Below, in pieces: positions 9,907-19,351 of a stretch of 59,491 nucleotides of DNA. A program made the translations under genes and the position numbers. The DNA comes from a virus (taxonomy: Duplodnaviria; Caudoviricetes), in the IMG/VR virus record IMGVR_UViG_3300049045_000044, positions 1 to 59,491 of that record, one strand, 5' to 3'. How positions within the stretch are numbered: the stretch's first letter is position 1; every line of letters begins with the position of its first letter. The notes beneath the pieces were generated by a model, which saw only the letters and a program-made list of their open reading frames with translations, made no database searches and was not told where the DNA came from.

Positions 9907-10914
9907 CTAAGGAACGTTTGCTAATTCGTTGATGACTGTCGCCGTCAATGCCTCGGCCGCCGTTTCATTGTAGCCGCTGAACGCCTTAAACTTGAGGATG
10001 CTATTCCCGTTATCACTGTCCAGGGCGTCCATTTCGGTGTACTTAATCGGCATATCAAGGCGCAATAGCTTGGTCGTAAAATTCCCGGCCGTTGTCAGGG
10101 TAGAGCCGGCAAACTGAACGCGCAATAGGCGGGGGGTCTCCGCCCTAAACGCCGCTTTTTCGGCAACGGCCGTTGCGTTATGTTCATAGGTGACTTCCAC
10201 CTCGGCCTTGTAGCTGTCAAAGTCGAAGTAGTGGAAGTCGAAATACAATTGCCCGTTGTCAATTGTCCACTTCGCCCGCCAGCCGGTTTGTACCTTTATC
10301 GTGTATTTGAGCAGTGTTTGGGAGACGGCCGTGCCCCCATACGTCCCGCCAACGGTGTCAATGTACACTGCCCCCTTCGGTAGCACTTCCTCAACGGTAG
10401 GCGCGGTCAAGGCCCCGGTAAAGCTGGCATTGGTTGATTGACGGCCGAACCAATTGGAACTTACCATTACCGACTTCTTAGGATCGGCCGTGATGGTAAA
10501 GTCGGTAACGAACATATACTCGGCTTCTTCGGCCTGCTGGTTGTCGCCCGATTCAATGGTGTACGTCTTAATCGTATTGAGTGACGTTTTGCCAACCGGG
10601 TAGGCGTAAATCTTACCGCTACCCGTCGAATCGGCCGCGCCCGTTCCCACTAGCTTGATACCGGCTTCAAAGATGTGGTTAACCTGCTCAAACGTTGCCG
10701 GGGTTGGGGACATTGCCCACACCGCGCCTAATTCGGCAATGTAGCTGCGGTCAGAGGGAATGGCGATCCCTAGTATCTCCTCAACAATCGTGACCTTGCG
10801 ATCATCTTTGAGCATCTTGCCCATGCCGCGCCAGATGGTATCGGCAGCGACGGCAGTACCGGCCGTAGTTTCGCCCCCAATCTGGTTTTTCTGTGCCCAC
10901 TTACCACCGGCCAT
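9907..10914 (-). CDS. Major tail tube protein
   Basis: 335 aa, beta-rich; QIGGETTAGTAVAA N-terminus typical of tail tubes; precedes chaperone and TMP. Confidence 0.8.
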   Translation of the reverse strand: MAGGKWAQKNQIGGETTAGTAVAADTIWRGMGKMLKDDRKVTIVEEILGIAIPSDRSYIAELGAVWAMSPTPATFEQVNHIFEAGIKLVGTGAADSTGSGKIYAYPVGKTSLNTIKTYTIESGDNQQAEEAEYMFVTDFTITADPKKSVMVSSNWFGRQSTNASFTGALTAPTVEEVLPKGAVYIDTVGGTYGGTAVSQTLLKYTIKVQTGWRAKWTIDNGQLYFDFHYFDFDSYKAEVEVTYEHNATAVAEKAAFRAETPRLLRVQFAGSTLTTAGNFTTKLLRLDMPIKYTEMDALDSDNGNSILKFKAFSGYNETAAEALTATVINELANVP

Positions 10915-11123
10915 TAGTCACCTGCCTTTTTGATGTACTTGCGCTCATAGAGTGATGAGCTATCTAAATGAGATTTAATACCCCACTCCTTCGCTTCGGC
11001 CGCCGAAATATCCCGTTGCGGCACGCCCGGAATGAAGCCACCGCCCTGATATTTCCAGCCCCACAATTCGCCTTTTTCCGGGGTCTCTGCTTTATTTTCT
11101 GTTGGCCCTTTGTCTGCCATCAT
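10914..11123 (-). CDS. Small virion-module hypothetical protein
   Basis: 69 aa, coupled to tail tube gene (YQGGGFIPGVPQRDI). Confidence 0.65.
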   Translation of the reverse strand: MMADKGPTENKAETPEKGELWGWKYQGGGFIPGVPQRDISAAEAKEWGIKSHLDSSSLYERKYIKKAGD

Positions 11124-11127
11124 TGCC

Positions 11128-11565
11128 TCACGATAGGGTGCTACTCATCTTGAGTCGCACGATAAAACGCCAGCCGATGTGTTGTTCTGGCTTGCCCTTG
11201 CTACTTGTCCAGGGTAGATTGCCGAACTCATACGTAACCGCCTGCTCTTGCCCGTGTATAGTATGGATTGCGCCGCCTAGCGTTGGGTCATTTGCCAGAG
11301 CATTTCTAAAACGCTCATAGAAGGGCATAGCGGCGGCCACTGCTGCCGCCAGGTTTCCTCGCGTTAGGTGTATTTCAGCATAAACGTTATGAAAATCCTC
11401 AGACCAGGCAGCACCATACATACCCCACTCCCCATTGGCCGGATAGACAACCGGGAAGGGAAATTGATTCATGCTTTCCGGGGGATAGTTCGGCCCGCCC
11501 TTCATGCCCGTTAGGTTGTTCATGAGGGTTTGGAAGTTTTGCAGAGCCTGGTCAAACGTTGCCAT
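11128..11565 (-). CDS. Putative tail terminator/completion protein
   Basis: ATG at 11565 overlaps upstream TAA (TAATG); PPES..QFP..VVYP and LANDPTLGG motifs; position. Confidence 0.65.
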   Translation of the reverse strand: MATFDQALQNFQTLMNNLTGMKGGPNYPPESMNQFPFPVVYPANGEWGMYGAAWSEDFHNVYAEIHLTRGNLAAAVAAAMPFYERFRNALANDPTLGGAIHTIHGQEQAVTYEFGNLPWTSSKGKPEQHIGWRFIVRLKMSSTLS

Positions 11566-12209
11566 TAGATTGTTACCTCCCGAAATGGTGGACAATCGAG
11601 CATCATGGCAATGTCTGGGTCTAGCTGTTGGGCATAGGTCAACTGGCCTAACTCCACAATCGCCCCGGTATCTTGAAACGATTGCTGCCCGCGCTTAAAC
11701 CAGCGCATCGCCTGAATTAAAGCTACTTGCCCAATTTCAGAAGGTACGGCCGTTGACCAGCCAAACTTACCGACAATCTTCACGCCCTTACGAAAGCCAT
11801 ACCAGGCGGATTTAGACCCGCTTAACTGGTCAATGTCTAGCCGCTGATACGGCCGTCCCTCGGCAATGGCATTATAGGGCCACAAGAGATAATCACTGGC
11901 GCTCCAAGCCGTGTACGTGCCGCCCGTTCCTGCGCTGCTGTCTACGTCGCCCGATTCGGCTACGCTAAGGCTGGTAGGGGCCGCTGCCAGATAGCCAATC
12001 CACAGCTCCCGGCAACGACTTCCGTCAAAATAGCGGGTCGTATCGGCCGAAACATACCAGAAGCCCGGTTCGCGCTTGGTAAAGCGGTCAATGGCGCGAG
12101 AGGCGGCCGTTACCAGTCGCCCCATAGCGGTATCGTAGGTATTGCCCCAATTCTCGTCGGGCAATGCCGCCTTGATTTCACCAACCGTCACATAATCATT
12201 AGCGGCCAC
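11565..12209 (-). CDS. Head-tail connector/adaptor (gp6/gp15-like)
   Basis: YVTVGEIKAAL...AASRAIDRFT.R...GKFGWS.AVPSEI...QAMRWFKR. Confidence 0.85.
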   Translation of the reverse strand: MAANDYVTVGEIKAALPDENWGNTYDTAMGRLVTAASRAIDRFTKREPGFWYVSADTTRYFDGSRCRELWIGYLAAAPTSLSVAESGDVDSSAGTGGTYTAWSASDYLLWPYNAIAEGRPYQRLDIDQLSGSKSAWYGFRKGVKIVGKFGWSTAVPSEIGQVALIQAMRWFKRGQQSFQDTGAIVELGQLTYAQQLDPDIAMMLDCPPFREVTI

Positions 12210-12426
12210 GCTTCACCTTACGGCCGGGCTTTTGCGCCGGCTTATTTTCTGTTTTGGGTGCCTCTACCACTGCCACCTCTGCCAGCGCAACGGCCGCATA
12301 AACCGCCAGGCCGCGTCCTACCAATGAAGCCGCCAGGTCATCGGGTAGTTCGGTCGTCTCTCCGGTCAACAAACGACGCGGCCCCCAGGAGACAATTTCA
12401 TCCTGATTCATCACCACTGCTTTCAT
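12199..12426 (-). CDS. Small capsid-module protein
   Basis: 75 aa; GETTELPDDLAASLVGRGLA with a basic tail, typical of small genes after the capsid gene. Confidence 0.7.
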   Translation of the reverse strand: MKAVVMNQDEIVSWGPRRLLTGETTELPDDLAASLVGRGLAVYAAVALAEVAVVEAPKTENKPAQKPGRKVKRGR

Positions 12427-13583
12427 GCAAATACGCCTCCCTTTTCAAAGTGGGCTATATCGGTAATCGGTTGGCCGGCTACCGGCCGTAACTCGTCAAT
12501 GCCAAAACGTCCCTGATACTGGCCGGTTGGCCCTTCGCAAATCGGCCGGAAGCGGCAACTATTACAAGCGTCATTGGCCCGACTTGCCGCTATCTGATCA
12601 CAATGCAACCGCCGCGCCTTCTCCGCTCCACCCATTGCCATGACGTTGGCGGCCGGTACGCGGTTGGTTGCCTCTAGTGCCCATTCCCAGGGGTCATACT
12701 GTGTCTGGTAAAAATTGATACAGTTGCGGGCGAAGCCATGTTCAGCGGCCACGCAGAAGGGAAAATAACGAACGTTGACCTCCCAACCGGCCGCCTCTGC
12801 AATCTGTACTGCCTCACCTACGAACGGGGCAAGGTCACGAAGGGGTGATTGAAAATCAATCTCCGGCCGTTCTGACCAGGCAAAGAATGGGTTGAATTGG
12901 ATCATGTTCCATACGGTTGGCTCTCGATGATCACTGAGCCACCGCGCCAACGTGGGTAATTCCTGGTAATTGAAATTCTGTAGAGTCGTGTTGAAACGAA
13001 CGGGACGATGACAGTGAGCGAGGTTATCCGTGAGGCGTTGCCAGCCACCGCTACCCCGGCCGCGATGGTCAACCACCGTGTTGTCATGGCCCGACTCCAT
13101 CCCGTGTAAAGAGATGAGCCAGTCTTCGAGGCCAGCATCTTCCACTCCCTTGACCAGTTCGGCCGTATTATTCTGTCCGTGCGTGATAATCGTAGGCAAT
13201 AGCCCAATGTTGCGACAATGGTGAATCAGGGCCTCTAGTTGCGGCCGGCGGCCGTCTTTACTCTTTGGCCCGTAAATCGTTGCCTCTCCGCCGCTAATGT
13301 CGCAGTATTGAAGGTTGTAGTAGTGCCGGAACATATTAGCGCGGGCAATGAGGGTATTGAGGTCGTAAAAGACAAGGTTATCTTGGAAGCTGTAATAGCA
13401 CATCTTACAAGCCTTATCGCAAGGCCCTCCGTTTACCCCCATGAATAGCCAGCCCCGGCGCGTAGGGTGTTTGTGGTCGTGTTTGTAGAGCGGCCGTGCG
13501 GTAAGCGATTCCGGCCGTATCTTGGGGGTAAGAGGTACGGCCGCTCGTAGTTGCACATCATCAATCAGCAGCAGATTATTCAT
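12423..13583 (-). CDS. Radical SAM enzyme with C-terminal auxiliary-cluster (SPASM/twitch-like) cysteines
   Basis: CDKACKMCYY (CX3CX2C), SGGEAT, ISLHG, PFC and CNSCRFRPICEG. Confidence 0.92.
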   Translation of the reverse strand: MNNLLLIDDVQLRAAVPLTPKIRPESLTARPLYKHDHKHPTRRGWLFMGVNGGPCDKACKMCYYSFQDNLVFYDLNTLIARANMFRHYYNLQYCDISGGEATIYGPKSKDGRRPQLEALIHHCRNIGLLPTIITHGQNNTAELVKGVEDAGLEDWLISLHGMESGHDNTVVDHRGRGSGGWQRLTDNLAHCHRPVRFNTTLQNFNYQELPTLARWLSDHREPTVWNMIQFNPFFAWSERPEIDFQSPLRDLAPFVGEAVQIAEAAGWEVNVRYFPFCVAAEHGFARNCINFYQTQYDPWEWALEATNRVPAANVMAMGGAEKARRLHCDQIAASRANDACNSCRFRPICEGPTGQYQGRFGIDELRPVAGQPITDIAHFEKGGVFA

Positions 13584-13591
13584 GGTATAAT
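13583..13591 (+). promoter_or_regulatory. Extended -10 promoter for a leaderless gene
   Basis: TGGTATAAT ending 6 nt before ATG 13598; no SD. Confidence 0.6.
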
Positions 13592-13597
13592 TACCTC

Positions 13598-13981
13598 ATG
13601 GATACAAAGCCGATTGACCATACATACATTTACCGTTACACAACTACCACCATTGTTAAGGACGGCCCGCCTGTTTTGGTTGGCCCAACGACGATGGAAT
13701 CCAGCCGCATTGATTACGCCGATTATGATAGGTTTGAACACCTCCCCGGTGCTTGCCGCGGCGAGGAGATTCGCAAGGAATTTGAGGCGTACAAAGAATG
13801 GGAACGCCAACACGGACGCCCAAAGATTAAACGATTTCTTGTTCTGTACGACGCCAGCGGCAATGTCATTGAGGAGCGGCCGATTTCCCAAGACCCGGTG
13901 ATTGGTGAATGCATTATCGTGGAAGACCTGCCGGACAATTGCCGCTTTATTCGATACAAAGCGGTAGTAGCAGTAGGTTAA
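13598..13981 (+). CDS. Hypothetical protein, inverted moron inside the late operon
   Basis: 127 aa of normal composition with its own promoter; fills the gap between GT2 and radical SAM genes. Confidence 0.6.
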   Translation: MDTKPIDHTYIYRYTTTTIVKDGPPVLVGPTTMESSRIDYADYDRFEHLPGACRGEEIRKEFEAYKEWERQHGRPKIKRFLVLYDASGNVIEERPISQDPVIGECIIVEDLPDNCRFIRYKAVVAVG

Positions 13982-13986
13982 ATTGT

Positions 13987-14784
13987 TCACGCTGTCACCC
14001 CCTGAGTTACCAACCCCATCTCGGCCAACGTTTCTACGCCCCACTTGTCTACTAGCTTACGGCCGTTCACTTCCAATAGTTGCTCAAAGTCAAATCGCTT
14101 AAACGTTTGGCTCCCCCTGTGGTGAATCCAAACGCTGTTGGCAATCACGCACTTATACCCGGCCTGGCGCAAGCGTAGGGTGTAGTCAAAATCTTCGTGA
14201 TTTCCCGGATCGAACAGTTCATCAAAAAACCCACAAGCCATAAACGCCGACTTGCGGATCATCATGGCAAAGGACACCAAGACGGGTAATTCCACCGGCC
14301 CCTTCACCCCGCCTACCTGCTCATTCTCCTTATCCTGCCAATCGCGCATAAACGTATCGGGGCAAGCGTCTACGTTCTGATAGCCACTCACGTAATTCGT
14401 CACCGCCCCGGCCGCGCCCACTTGCGGATCGTCAAAGTAGGAGATAAACCGCTCCAGCCACGTCGAATCACCGGCCGGTATTTCGGTGTCATTGTCTAGT
14501 AGTAGCATAAATTCGGCCGGGCTAAACATCGCCAGGGCCAGCCCCGCGTTAATCGCCCGCACGCTGCCATGATTGAACGGCAAGCGGATAAAGTTGGCCT
14601 GAGGAAAGTTACGCATCAGGTGAAAGAGTACGTCCTGTCTACTGCCGTTATCCACATAGGTCAATTGGTATAAATCGGCCGGGGTCTCCTTGACCACCGT
14701 TCCTAGACATTTATAGGTCAAGGCCATGTTATCCCAACCCCTGACAAGCACATCTACCCGGTAATCACGCCTTAGCTCGGACAC
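13987..14784 (-). CDS. Glycosyltransferase family 2 (GT-A fold)
   Basis: YVDNGS, NHGSVRAINAGL, LLLDND (DxD), GFFDELF..GNHEDFDY.LR, WIHHRGS. Confidence 0.92.
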   Translation of the reverse strand: MSELRRDYRVDVLVRGWDNMALTYKCLGTVVKETPADLYQLTYVDNGSRQDVLFHLMRNFPQANFIRLPFNHGSVRAINAGLALAMFSPAEFMLLLDNDTEIPAGDSTWLERFISYFDDPQVGAAGAVTNYVSGYQNVDACPDTFMRDWQDKENEQVGGVKGPVELPVLVSFAMMIRKSAFMACGFFDELFDPGNHEDFDYTLRLRQAGYKCVIANSVWIHHRGSQTFKRFDFEQLLEVNGRKLVDKWGVETLAEMGLVTQGVTA

Positions 14785-15571
14785 GTTTGCCTCCCTTTCT
14801 TTTCACTTTCGGCTTATGCTGCTTCTCATTACCGTCCGGCCGTATGACCTTATGCGGGTGGTCATTCAGGAACGCCCGGAAACTACTTTCATCTACCGCA
14901 CTAGTTATCAGGTGGGGGCTGGTCTGCGTCGTGTCCACATACATTTTGATACCGAACTGGCGACACAAGTGGGAGAAATACATATCCTCTGAGGGATAAA
15001 GGAACTTCTCCGCATGTACATAACTATAGGCCCACCAGGGTACGGGTAGAATATCAAAAACGCTGCGGTGAATGAGGATAGAACCATGCCCAATCGCATC
15101 TACCTCATTGAGTCCTTGTTGCCACTCTACCGGCGCATGTAAGTCCCCGTCCGGCCCGTAACAGAAGGCGCAGGGGTCAAACGGCTCGCCGCGTCGAAAG
15201 TGCAGGCCGCCTACGACTAAACGGCCGGGGTCTTGCAAGACCCACCGTGCCAGTTTGCCTATCGTGTCCGGCGGGTGAATGTGGTCAAGGTCGAGCATAC
15301 ATAGGTGGGTAAAGTCGGGCAATTCATCCCGCAGCACCCGCGCCATGCGGTTGCGGTTGGTATCTGTCCGGCCGTACACATGATCAATGAGCGGCCAGCC
15401 CTGCCGGGCAAGATTCCAAAAGCAGGGAAATGAGCTATCGGGAACATTGCGCTCCATTGGCACACCAACCACGATCCTGATACCGGCATTTTCCAGTTCC
15501 TCCCTGGTGGGGACGGCCGGGAGGGGAGGGTACTCCCGGCCGTTGACCCCATGACCATTACGTCCTGGCAT
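14765..15571 (-). CDS. GT-A fold glycosyltransferase (GT2-like)
   Basis: IVVGVP, NRNRM, THLCMLDLD (DxD), VDAIGHGSILIHRSVF, SEDMYFS, VDT. Confidence 0.88.
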   Translation of the reverse strand: MPGRNGHGVNGREYPPLPAVPTREELENAGIRIVVGVPMERNVPDSSFPCFWNLARQGWPLIDHVYGRTDTNRNRMARVLRDELPDFTHLCMLDLDHIHPPDTIGKLARWVLQDPGRLVVGGLHFRRGEPFDPCAFCYGPDGDLHAPVEWQQGLNEVDAIGHGSILIHRSVFDILPVPWWAYSYVHAEKFLYPSEDMYFSHLCRQFGIKMYVDTTQTSPHLITSAVDESSFRAFLNDHPHKVIRPDGNEKQHKPKVKRKGGKRVRAKA

Positions 15572-15573
15572 GT

Positions 15574-15960
15574 TTATTTTAGCCGCTTTTCGGCCAGCAG
15601 GTAAACACCAAACGAAACACCGCCGCCGTTGGTAAAGGTGGTAACGGCACTCACGTACCGCTTATTGGTGCGAAAATGAATCGTTTGATTGGTGGCCGTT
15701 GTATCAGCTACCGCCAGACCGGTAAAGGTCGCCCCGCTAATGGCGGCATGGCTGGCCTGGGTGCTGTCATCACCATCGTAGATAGCCACCGTCAATACCG
15801 TTGCGGTCGTGATGGCGCCAATGTCAAGAAAGGCTTTTAACTGCCGGCCGCCAGGGTTGACATACCCGCGCAGGTCAATCCCGGCCGAACTATTGCCGCT
15901 GGTAGTACGCGCCGCCGCGCCCAGCAGGGGAACAATCGTCAGGTTACTTAAAGTCGTCAT
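15574..15960 (-). CDS. Putative capsid decoration/cement protein
   Basis: 128 aa beta-rich, Thr/Ser-rich, directly after the major capsid gene with a strong RBS. Confidence 0.6.
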   Translation of the reverse strand: MTTLSNLTIVPLLGAAARTTSGNSSAGIDLRGYVNPGGRQLKAFLDIGAITTATVLTVAIYDGDDSTQASHAAISGATFTGLAVADTTATNQTIHFRTNKRYVSAVTTFTNGGGVSFGVYLLAEKRLK

Positions 15961-16019
15961 TTTATCTCCTTCTAGGACTCAGGGCCGGCCGTTAGACCGG
16001 CCCTTCAAGGTCTCAGGTT

Positions 16020-17378
16020 TTAGGTAGAGGCTTTCAATACCTTCACCCGGTACGGTTCAGCCAGATAGCCGCCGACACGCTTACGCGCCAGCAGAACGGT
16101 AATGTTGGTTTCGGCGTACAGTTCGCTCAATCGTTGCAGGCTAAAGCCAACCCGGTCAAGGACGATATAGCCACTCATGTCACCGAAGGCAATCGGATAG
16201 GCGTCGGTGGAAATGTCGGGCATGAATTCGTCAATTAACACCGGCCGGCCCTTGATAACGGTCGGTTCGCCCGTTTCCAGGCTAACCGTTGTCAGTTCCT
16301 TGATAAGCGGCCGGTCTTGAGCATCAACCAGGCTATCCACCGCCAACGCCGTCAAGCTATTCATCAACCAGGTCGCCCGGCGGCGATATTGGGCCGGTAG
16401 CGTGTAGTACAGCTTCACCAATCGGTAGCCGCTATGGGCATCGCCAGATGTGCTAATGGCATTAGCCACCCCGGCCGCTACCGAGGCCGGGCCGTCACTA
16501 TCCACCTGGGTCAAAAGGCCCATCGGCCGGGAAACGCCGCTACCGTTCAGGAAGGCGTCATTTTCACCCAGGCTAAATGCCTCGGCCAGCAGGTCGCTAG
16601 AAATGCCAACCACGTCAAAAGCGGCATCTTCTAGCAGGTCGTTGGACATAGGCATAGAGGCCATTGCCGTATGGACGGGAATGGTAATCAGACCAAAGAC
16701 TGGATCGGTCACGCGGTGAGTGGTAGACGAGGCCGGACTCTCGCCCGTCCAGGTCAAGCGGACACCACTGGTATACTTGTCATCGGTTGCATAGTTGATG
16801 CGCGGCCACTTTGCCATGTCCCGGCTTGTCTGTACCACACGGGCCAACGAACGCATCACGGCCGTTGTTGCCATCTTCTTAATGAGTTCCGTGTGGTAAT
16901 CTTCCGGCACGAGAAAGCCGCCGGCCGTATCTACGCCCTCGGTCAGGGTCTTTTTGTCATTCGGCCCCATCTCAGCAAAGCCCTTACGGGCATACGCCTC
17001 AAACGCCCCGGCATAGCCCCTTTTCTGGACGGCTAGGGGAACGTGAAAGCGAAATGCCTTACGGCCGAACGGGGTCAAGACTTCAATCTCGCGGAACGCC
17101 TTTTCGTCTACCGGTACATTGCCTTCTTCCGGCCCGGATTCGCGCCAGCCATGATGAGCGGCTTTTGTCCCGGCCGGTTCATTCATATAGGCGTCTGCGT
17201 CCACCATTCGCTTTTCAAGGTCAATTCGTACCTTCAATTCATCGGCCGCGCCCAGGAGAGTGTCAATCTCCTTTGCTTTTTCGGCCGGCATATCCTTACC
17301 GGCGAACTCGGTGCGGATAGCTTTAGCGGCATCAATTTGCCGCTGGTACTGCTCACGCAACTTGACTAAATCACTCAT
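16020..17378 (-). CDS. Major capsid protein, HK97 fold with delta domain
   Basis: AGGFLVPE, WTGE, SNDLLED, NGSGVSRPMG, GRPV, FGD.SGY, RVGG. Confidence 0.97.
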   Translation of the reverse strand: MSDLVKLREQYQRQIDAAKAIRTEFAGKDMPAEKAKEIDTLLGAADELKVRIDLEKRMVDADAYMNEPAGTKAAHHGWRESGPEEGNVPVDEKAFREIEVLTPFGRKAFRFHVPLAVQKRGYAGAFEAYARKGFAEMGPNDKKTLTEGVDTAGGFLVPEDYHTELIKKMATTAVMRSLARVVQTSRDMAKWPRINYATDDKYTSGVRLTWTGESPASSTTHRVTDPVFGLITIPVHTAMASMPMSNDLLEDAAFDVVGISSDLLAEAFSLGENDAFLNGSGVSRPMGLLTQVDSDGPASVAAGVANAISTSGDAHSGYRLVKLYYTLPAQYRRRATWLMNSLTALAVDSLVDAQDRPLIKELTTVSLETGEPTVIKGRPVLIDEFMPDISTDAYPIAFGDMSGYIVLDRVGFSLQRLSELYAETNITVLLARKRVGGYLAEPYRVKVLKAST

Positions 17379-17386
17379 GTCTCACC

Positions 17387-18139
17387 TCACTGAATCAAAA
17401 ACAGTTCTCTTTCAGCAATCGCCAATCGTTGTAAGACCTGTTCAGTGAGTGCCTTGCCCGATTCGGTATCTTCCTCATCGGCCGGCGGCTCGGCTGCGTT
17501 CAGAATCTCATTCAGGACGGCCAGGGCGCCCTTGAGTTTTTCTAAGTTCCTGGCAGATAGTACACGGCCGGCCTTCGTCAAGGTCTCCGCATACGCTATC
17601 AACTGGTTAATATGCGCGTCAAGGGCGCTCTTGCTGGCAACGGTTGCCTGGTTAGCCCCCCAATTCACGTCGCTCGTATCCCATAGACGAACCTCGCGGA
17701 CGTTGCGAACTACGACTCCTTTATAGTCACCCTCCTTCACTTCCTCAAAGTCAAACTTAAGGGCATCAAAGCCAAAGCTCATTTCTAAAATGGCCTGCTC
17801 TTTAATACCCTCAAGGATTTCGTCGCCGCGTGGCGTTCTCAGGTATTGCCGGGCTATTTCCAAGCCGCCGGTAGCGGTAGGGAATTTCTCTTGAACTTCG
17901 GCCGGTAACTCCTCCCGCCCTACCTCGCGCAAGGATTTAATAGCGGCCGTAGGTGGTTGCCAGGGATCGTGCATCCATAGATGGCGCACTCGCCCCATAC
18001 CTTCTTTGATGGTCTTTTTGAATGACCCCCGGTGGACAATATCATTATACGAGTCCAGGTTGCCAAAAACAGAGGCGATCCCCGTAATGGTTCTATCCTC
18101 GATTGCCTTTATAAAAAATGGAGATTCTTTATATTCCAT
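17387..18139 (-). CDS. HK97-family prohead protease
   Basis: GIASVFGNLDSYNDIV..GSF, LWMHD, MSFGF, LWDTSDVNWGAN. Confidence 0.95.
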   Translation of the reverse strand: MEYKESPFFIKAIEDRTITGIASVFGNLDSYNDIVHRGSFKKTIKEGMGRVRHLWMHDPWQPPTAAIKSLREVGREELPAEVQEKFPTATGGLEIARQYLRTPRGDEILEGIKEQAILEMSFGFDALKFDFEEVKEGDYKGVVVRNVREVRLWDTSDVNWGANQATVASKSALDAHINQLIAYAETLTKAGRVLSARNLEKLKGALAVLNEILNAAEPPADEEDTESGKALTEQVLQRLAIAERELFLIQ

Positions 18140-18141
18140 CT

Positions 18142-18564
18142 CTACCTCACCAATGCCTTTATCCCGTCCCTAAATACGGCTACAATTCCATCCCGCGCCC
18201 CGCGTATAACGCCTTGTAGTGTCCACCAGTAACCGGCAAAGAAGGATGTTTGTTCACCCTCGCCTATAACCCAGCCAATGTATTCCAAACGACCGCCGAT
18301 GTAGCCAACCGCGCCGTTGCTAATCGTTTCCACCCTGGATAACGCGCCCGGCACACCACCACCGAAGGAGGTCACGACCCGGCCGAGCGTTCCCGTGCGC
18401 TGGTAGCTGCTAGACGGCGGGGGGGCAGGGTAGGGTGGTATCTGGCTCTGCCCAAACAGGACGGCCGTTCGTGTTAGTTCTGGTATGCCGTTGCGGATAG
18501 CATCAGCCCGCCGCTGCATGTTGGCCTGTACTTCTTCCAGGCCGTGAATTTCAGCGTCTACCAT
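18142..18564 (-). CDS. HK97 gp10-like neck/virion morphogenesis protein
   Basis: EIHGLEEV...YQRTGTL...EYI.WV pattern. Confidence 0.6.
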   Translation of the reverse strand: MVDAEIHGLEEVQANMQRRADAIRNGIPELTRTAVLFGQSQIPPYPAPPPSSSYQRTGTLGRVVTSFGGGVPGALSRVETISNGAVGYIGGRLEYIGWVIGEGEQTSFFAGYWWTLQGVIRGARDGIVAVFRDGIKALVR

Positions 18565-18782
18565 GCTGCTTTCTCTATTTCCGCTTCGGTAACAACGTCT
18601 ATCTCTACACCATCCAACACTAGGTAAGCCCTGGCTAGGCCGTCGCCGTATTCCTTGCGCTTACTGACATCAAATTCCCACTTGATAGACACAATACCTA
18701 ACAGCGGCTCGCCTGTTTCGGCATTGATTACCTTTGTCAGATAGCCAATGCCATCCTGGTCATTGACAATTCGTAGTTTCAT
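18558..18782 (-). CDS. Hypothetical protein
   Basis: ATG 18782 overlaps MuF stop (ATGA). Confidence 0.55.
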   Translation of the reverse strand: MKLRIVNDQDGIGYLTKVINAETGEPLLGIVSIKWEFDVSKRKEYGDGLARAYLVLDGVEIDVVTEAEIEKAAW

Positions 18783-19351
18783 GCGTTCACCATCACAATC
18801 GGTTGCACAAAGCAGCGGCATCTCGGATGCGCCGGTGGATTGTCCAGTTCGCCGGGAAAGGAGTCATCTAGTCCGGCCGTTTCCAGGTGCAGCGGACCAC
18901 AAATAGGACATACCTGATCGTCGTTTGCCGTTTGCCACCGTCGCCCCTCGACCACACCCGTTTCTTTCCAGGCCAGCATATTGCTATCGGCAAAGATACG
19001 GGTAATTTCGGTACTGGCTATCATCTCCGCCCGCACGTCGCCAAACATCGGCCGTAATTCATCTATCAGCGCATCCAGTGGTTGACCGCTGGCTACCCAC
19101 TCGGCAAACTCCTCTTGCAGGGCTATACGACTTGTCTCAGTAATAAATGACACCATGTTAAAGGTGTGCTGTTGGGCATATTGCAAGGCCGCCTCGCTCA
19201 ATAGATCATAATCCACCACAATTTCAACCGTGCCTAAACCGTTCAGCCCGGCCGTTACGCCCGCCTGTGCCGCTTCCGCTATCAGGTCAATTACCAATGA
19301 TTGCAGCACGGCCTCTTCGTCTTCCCAAAAGTTAAGCGGTAGCGGTTCCAT
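18779..19351 (-). CDS. MuF/SPP1 gp7-like head morphogenesis protein
   Basis: RAEMIASTE, WQTANDDQVCPICGPL, PPAHPRCRC. Confidence 0.92.
   Translation of the reverse strand: MEPLPLNFWEDEEAVLQSLVIDLIAEAAQAGVTAGLNGLGTVEIVVDYDLLSEAALQYAQQHTFNMVSFITETSRIALQEEFAEWVASGQPLDALIDELRPMFGDVRAEMIASTEITRIFADSNMLAWKETGVVEGRRWQTANDDQVCPICGPLHLETAGLDDSFPGELDNPPAHPRCRCFVQPIVMVNA

Noticed and set aside
12423-15571. Glycosyltransferases and radical SAM as a DNA hypermodification or queuosine/7-deazaguanine pathway
   Set aside because: No hydroxymethylase, TET/JBP, DpdA, FolE, QueC or QueD gene was recognised, and the cluster is coupled to capsid genes rather than replication genes; judged less likely but not excluded
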